Assembly (NCBI RefSeq): GCF_902713615.1
Contig: NC_052157.1
Location: 17,222,566-17,286,565 of the forward strand
DNA: 64,000 nucleotides
Direction: 5' to 3'
Source of the DNA: Scyliorhinus canicula
Taxonomy: Eukaryota
Shown here piece by piece: positions 58,860 through 64,000 of this stretch. Within the stretch, counting starts at the first letter, position 1. The number at the start of each line of letters is the position of its first letter. Under the pieces are notes generated by a model. It saw only the letters and a program-made list of their open reading frames with translations, was not told where the DNA came from and ran no database searches. Both the position numbers and the translations under genes were made by a program.

Positions 58860-59549
58860 AATATATACATCAGTAGTGACTACCACAAGGGAAATCGGGG
58901 AAACCAAACAAAATGGCTCCCCGATCTATGAGGAGCCTTTCGTGCTGGCAAGCCTGACTCTAAGTGTGGCCTTGGCGGACAGAGATTCCCCGAGGCTATA
59001 AAATCAGGCAAAATGCCGTTAAATAGCTAGACGTTTCTTGGTGCTGCAGCCATTGAGAAACATCTGCTAAACGGACCCAAAGCCGGACATCGATTTCTTT
59101 TCTGGTGAAATTGCGTCCAAAGGGATGGAAGCAGAGACGGAAAGAGAACAAGAAGGAGTTCAACACAAACACGGGAAAGAAAAGCAGACAAACACTTCAA
59201 AGAAATACAAAGTCAACAGCACATGCTGATGTAAACAATACATTTCATGTTTGCATTTGGCAAAGAGAAAGGCTACATGAGATCAATTTGTTCAGCAGAA
59301 CTAATTGTCGGTAAATTATGTCCGCTTGCTGCTCTCGACAGCACCATGTACAGCTGGAGCAAAACATTCCTACTTTTCTATTCCACTCCCCTTGCAATAA
59401 ACAACATTCCATTTGCCTTTCTTCTTGTTACTGACCTTTCCCCTCTCATATTCATGGTGGGCGAGAAAGGTACTGAAAGAGTTTGCCCTTGACCTAGTCA
59501 TCTGCTTTGCACTGTTAATGAAAATGGCCCATTCAGGAATTCGGAATCC

Positions 59550-59825
59550 ATGGGTTAATTATGAATTTTCATTTCACAATTCTAAAGGCAGTGAGGACTC
59601 AGGGGGAAACCTCCATTTGAATTTTATGTTTTCCATGCCAACAGAAACATCATCGCAAAACAGGAATAGTGGGTCACATGATTAATATTACACAATCAGA
59701 AACGGACTTAGACTTTGGACTGTTCGTTGGATTAAAGTACAGTACTCTTACATTTGTTCATATCTCACCGACTGCAGAATACAAGGTTTGCTACAGCGTT
59801 TGGTTGGTCCTCATTAGTAAGTGGA
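59550..59825 (+). promoter_or_regulatory. Candidate liver-type promoter module resembling the UGT upstream island
   Basis: HNF1-like GTTAATTATGAAT (59554), TTACACAATCA (59688), AGACTTTGGACT (59710), TCATTA|GTAAGT (59817). Confidence 0.4.
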
Positions 59826-60408
59826 AGATTGTCATCTCATGTCAAAAAAAATCTTATACCAGTTCAAAATAATCTTAAAGTGAATAGACAGACTGGGGTG
59901 AGATCCACACCCATGTTTTTATCTTCTGCACATACATCCTGCAGACGTCCTAACTATAACCTTCCAAAGTTCTCTGGTTTCAGGAACCGTTTCTTTAGTT
60001 TTAAAATGGCATAAGAAAGATGAGAGAGGGAAATCAGAAAAGTATACTCGGGAAGTATACAGGAAAATTACTAACGTCCCTTATTAAAGGGAGTGTGACA
60101 GACGCCTTTCCAACTTCCAGCTGATCCGTGAGAACCAGCATAGATTTCTAAAGGCAAAGTCACACTGACAAAGCTGCTTGGATTTGTTGAAGAGGTAATG
60201 AAAATTGGAGTGTCAATGAATGTTGTTTAAAGTGCTCAAAAAAGATTGTTAGCTAAGTTTACAACTCATGGAATTGAAATCAAATCATTGACTTTGTTCA
60301 GGGCAGGCAGTGGCATAGTGGTATTGTCAGGGGACAAGTAAACCAGAGACCCAGAATAATGCTCTGGGGACTCGGGTTGAAATCCCACCACTGCAGATGG
60401 TGAAGTTT

Positions 60409-60628
60409 TAAAAAACATTTAGTGTGCCCAATTCATTTTTTCCAATTCAGCAATTCAGTGTGGCGAATCCACCAACTGTGCAAATCTTTTGGGTTGTGGG
60501 AGCGAAATCCACGCAAACACTGGGAAAATGTGCAAACGCCACACGGACAGTGACCCAGAGCCGGGATCGAACCTGGGACCGTGGCACCTTGAGGCAACAG
60601 TGCTAACCACTGCACCACCACGCTACCC
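60409..60628 (-). mobile_element. Short A-tailed V-SINE nested in another SINE
   Basis: 12-bp TSD ATGGTG(A/G)AGTTT. Confidence 0.8.
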
Positions 60629-62149
60629 ATGGTGGAGTTTGAATTCAATACAAATCTGGAATAAAAAATCTAATGATGGCCATGAAACCATTGCCAATTG
60701 TCGTAAAAACCGATCTGGTCCACTAAGGTCCTTTAGGGAAGGAATTCTGCCGTCCTTACCCGGTCTGGCCTACATGTAATAATAATAATATTAATAATAA
60801 TAATAATAATCTTTATTGTCACAAGTGGGCTTACATTAATATTGCAATGAAGTTACTGTGAAAAACGCCTAGTCGCCACATTCCGACGCCTCTTCGGGTA
60901 CACAGAGGGAGAATTCAGAACGTCTTTCAGGACTTGTGGGAGGAAATCGGAGTATCCGGAGAAAGCCCACGCAGATACGGGGACAACTTGCAGACGCCAC
61001 ACGGACAGTGACCCAAGCCGTGAATCGAACCTGGGACCCTGGAGTTGTCAGACCTATAGCAACATGGTTGACTCTTACCTGCCCCCTCAAGGGCAATAAG
61101 GGATGGACAATAAATGCTGGCCCAGCCTGAGATGCCCACATCCCATGAATGAATAAAAGTTGGCTGAGCAGCAAGAGGGCAGCACGTAGCACAGTGGGTA
61201 GCACCGTTGCTTCACAGTGCCAGGGTTTCAGATTCAATTCCCGGCTTGGGTCACTGTCCGTGTGGAGTCTGCATGTTCTCCCTGTGTCTACATGGGTTTC
61301 CTCCGGGTGCTCCGATTTCCTCCAGCAAGTCCCAAAAGACGTGCTGTTAGGTAATTTGGAGTGAGAAAGAGAGAGAGAGTGAGAGAGATAGAGAGAGAGA
61401 TATCCAAATTTGCTGATGGCACAAAAATAGATGGCATTGTAAAAGTGTAAATGGAAATTAAAAATTACACAGATATGTGCACACATTAAACTGTGGCAGA
61501 CGGATTTCAATGTCGGCAAGGGTGAGGCCATTCACTTTGCATCGAGAAGGGTAGATCGGAGCACTTGCTAAATGGTAAAAACCTCGAGATGCTGGAATGC
61601 GGAAATAAAAACAAAAAGCACTGGAAAATCTGTGGCAGCATCGCTGGAGAGAGGAACAGTGAATGTTTCAAGTCTGATATGGGTTCCTAAGAAGAATCAA
61701 GTTGGAGCTGAAACGCTGCTTCTCTCTTTAACAATGTTGCCAAACCTGCTGCGGTTTTCCACAACATTCTATTTAATACACGAGGAAATGATAGAGAAAC
61801 TGGGCTGAATAAAATGGGGGAGGGTTTGAGCAGCTGACCGACTTAACACTGCACAGCCCCGCTGTAATAAACGCCACAAGGGACATTAATGAGGGCCGAG
61901 GGGGTCTTCCGCCCCACAGTGGGGAATGGGCACAAATTCCATCCGATCCTATATCTGTCCTTATACCCGGAATGACCTTCACTGGAGTCTAATGGGATCC
62001 TCAGATATTACCAAAACCACTGGTGTTAAAATTATAGCTCGGTGGGAACAAAGTGAACACCTCTCCTAATCTCTCCCCCCGTTATTTCATTCTTGCCTTT
62101 TACTTACCAACTCACCACAGAGGCATCTCACCCTCGATAACCCAGTAGG

Positions 62150-62580
62150 TTAGTAAACAAAATTACAGGACAAGGGATTTGGGATATTTCACTAGCATGC
62201 ATTGAGAATTGGATATCAGGCAGACAGCACAGAGTATGGGTCATTCTCAGGATGGCAGGCTGTGACTATTGGGGTACCAGATCATGCTTTGGGCCACTTT
62301 TGTTGAAAGTCTCTATAAATGATTTGGTTCCAGGGACCAAATATTCCAATGACAAAAAACTAGGTGGTAATGTGAGTTGTGAGGAGGATACAAGGAGGCT
62401 TCAAAGGGATTTGGGCAGGCTAAGTGAGTGGGTAATATGGCAGATGGAATACAATGTGAATAAATGTGAAGTTATCCCCTTTGGTAGGAAAAGCAGAAAT
62501 CTTCTGAACTGAGAGGTTGAAAAGTGTTGATGTCCAAAGGGACCTGGGTGACTTGTTCATGAAAACTAAAAGCTAACAGG
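62150..62580 (+). mobile_element. Old CR1 RT fragment
   Basis: INDL...KLGGNVSCEEDTRRLQRDLGRLSEW..WQMEYNVNKCEVI. Confidence 0.75.
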
Positions 62581-63317
62581 CTTCCCATGGTTACCTGCTT
62601 CCCAAATGCCACATTGGGTGGCATGGTAGCACAGTGGTTAGCACTGTTGCTTCACAGAGCCAGGGACCCGGGTTCGATTCCCGGCTTGGGTCATTGACTG
62701 TGCGGATTCAGCATGTTCTCCCCCTGTCTGTGTGTGTTTCTTCCAGGTGCTGTGGTGTCCTCCCACAAAGCCTGAAAGACGTGCTTGTTAGTTAATTTGG
62801 ACATTCTGAATTCTCCCTCAGTGTACCCGAACAGGCGCCAGAGTGTGGCGACGAGGGGATTTTCACAGTAACTTCATTGCAGCGTAAATGTGAGCCTACT
62901 TGTGACACTAATAAAGGTTATATAGAGGGTACCCCAATGATGTACTGGGGAGTCCATCCAGACCCAACCTCACATGTGGCACCCTGCACACAAAGACTCC
63001 CCCAAGGGACCTACCGCATCATCCCCAACCTGACATGACCACCCCGCAATGCTCGAACCGCACCCCCCCTTCAGCCTGACCAACCCCCTGTCAGCTCAGC
63101 CCCATCCCCCGCCCGCCCGCTAAACTGGCCCGATCCCACCAGCTATCCCCCGCTAGCTCAACCCGAGTCTGGCCCAACTGACCTGACTCCCCCATCTGAT
63201 CCGACCCATGCAGGCCCTAACCAACCACCCCCCTTTCCTGATCCCACCCGCCTTCCAGTCTGACCTCCTCCATATCCGACTCTACTTGCCTGCTCTGACC
63301 TGACCCCCTCCTCAATG

Positions 63318-64000
63318 GATTGGATAGGATTTGTTTATTGTCACAGGTACAGTGAAAGGTATTTTTCTGCGAGCAGCTCAACAGATCATTAAGTACAAGA
63401 AAAGAAAAGGAAATAAAAGAAAATACATAATAGGGCAACACAAGGTGTGCCACATGTGAGGTTGGGTCTGGATGGACTCCCCAGTACATCATTGGGGTAC
63501 CCTCTATGTAACCTTTATTAGTGCCACATAACCACCGGCATCGGATGAAGCATACAGGGTGTAGTGTTAATGAGCTCAGTCCATAAGAGGGTTGTTTAGC
63601 AGTCTGAAAGCAGCGGGGAAGAAGCTGTTTTTGAGTCTGTTCGTGCGTGTTCTCAGACTTCTGTATCTCCTGCCCGACGGAAGAAGTTGAAAGAGTGAGT
63701 AAGCCGGGTGGGAGGGGTCTTTGATTATGCTACCTGCTTTCCCCAGGCAGCGGAAGGGTAGATGGAGTCAATGGATGGGAGGCAGGTTCATGTGATGGAC
63801 TAGGCTGTGTTCACGATTCTCTGAAGTTTCTTGTGGCCTTGGGCCGAGCAGTTGCCATACCAAGCTGTGATGCAGCCCGATAGGATGTTTTCTATGGTGC
63901 ATCTGTAAAAGTTGGTCCGAGTTAATGGGGACATGCCCACTTTCCTTAGTTTCCTGTGGAAGTACAGGTGCTGTTGTGCTTTCTTGGTGGTAGCATTAAC
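63318..64000 (-). mobile_element. Rex1/Babar-like LINE 3' part (runs off window)
   Basis: Minus strand LLPSGRRYRSLRTRTNRLKNSFFPAA C-terminus; 3' end TTTCACTGTACCTGTGACAATAAAC with (AATCC)-like tail. Confidence 0.75.

Larger units (their letters stand above)
54362..58887 (-). mobile_element. Near-complete Ty3/Gypsy LTR retrotransposon (gag-PR-RT-RH-IN, frameshifted)
   Basis: LTRs 58086-58887 (5', MITE-interrupted) and 54362-54596 (3', clipped), roughly 8% divergent by hand count; TSD GGGGA/AGGGA; CKACGKKGHFAAVC, LLDSGS, YPLP, SDAS, HDNLCHPG..CQVC, HSDRGSSF, NGQVER. Confidence 0.95.
53870..59119. mobile_element. MITE-like element split by the Gypsy insertion (arms ~53870-54361 and ~58893-59119)
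   Basis: Ends GCACGCGATTT / AAATTGCGTCC resemble the Harbinger-type TIRs; arms abut the Gypsy TSD. Confidence 0.4.

Noticed and set aside
61590-61780. Inverted Penelope pseudo-LTR pair with a possible third hammerhead
   Set aside because: Core too decayed (no intact CUGANGA or stem II) to call

Overview
Repeat-dense vertebrate DNA. The HE1-like V-SINEs, CR1/L2/L1/Rex1 LINEs and Penelope elements point to an elasmobranch (shark) genome; this is inferred. The only host genes are two intact UDP-glucuronosyltransferases (UGT5-like, single coding exon; 8897-10507 and 37147-38757). They sit on a tandem segmental duplication: copy 1 ~1623-25698, copy 2 ~25699-48696. Main findings: (i) a degraded foamy-virus-like endogenous retrovirus (18843-25698) with a Gag RYNLR motif and Gly/Arg box, spumavirus-like Pol, unknown Cys-rich accessory ORFs, and a second related long-LTR family with a 4-bp TSD and shared U5 stems; (ii) a Ty3/Gypsy element (54362-58887) with no tRNA PBS, whose PBS position is a perfect 14-nt complement of its own LTR poly(A)-signal region (self-priming and/or poly(A) occlusion); (iii) a modular SINE system in which one tRNA head/core carries three different tails matching CR1, L1 and Rex1 LINEs in the window; (iv) Penelope minimal hammerhead ribozymes, one with a U3-A8 core; (v) clustered UGT paralog divergence and a possible third UGT-type promoter near 59.7 kb. 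All alignments and counts were done by eye; no searches were run.
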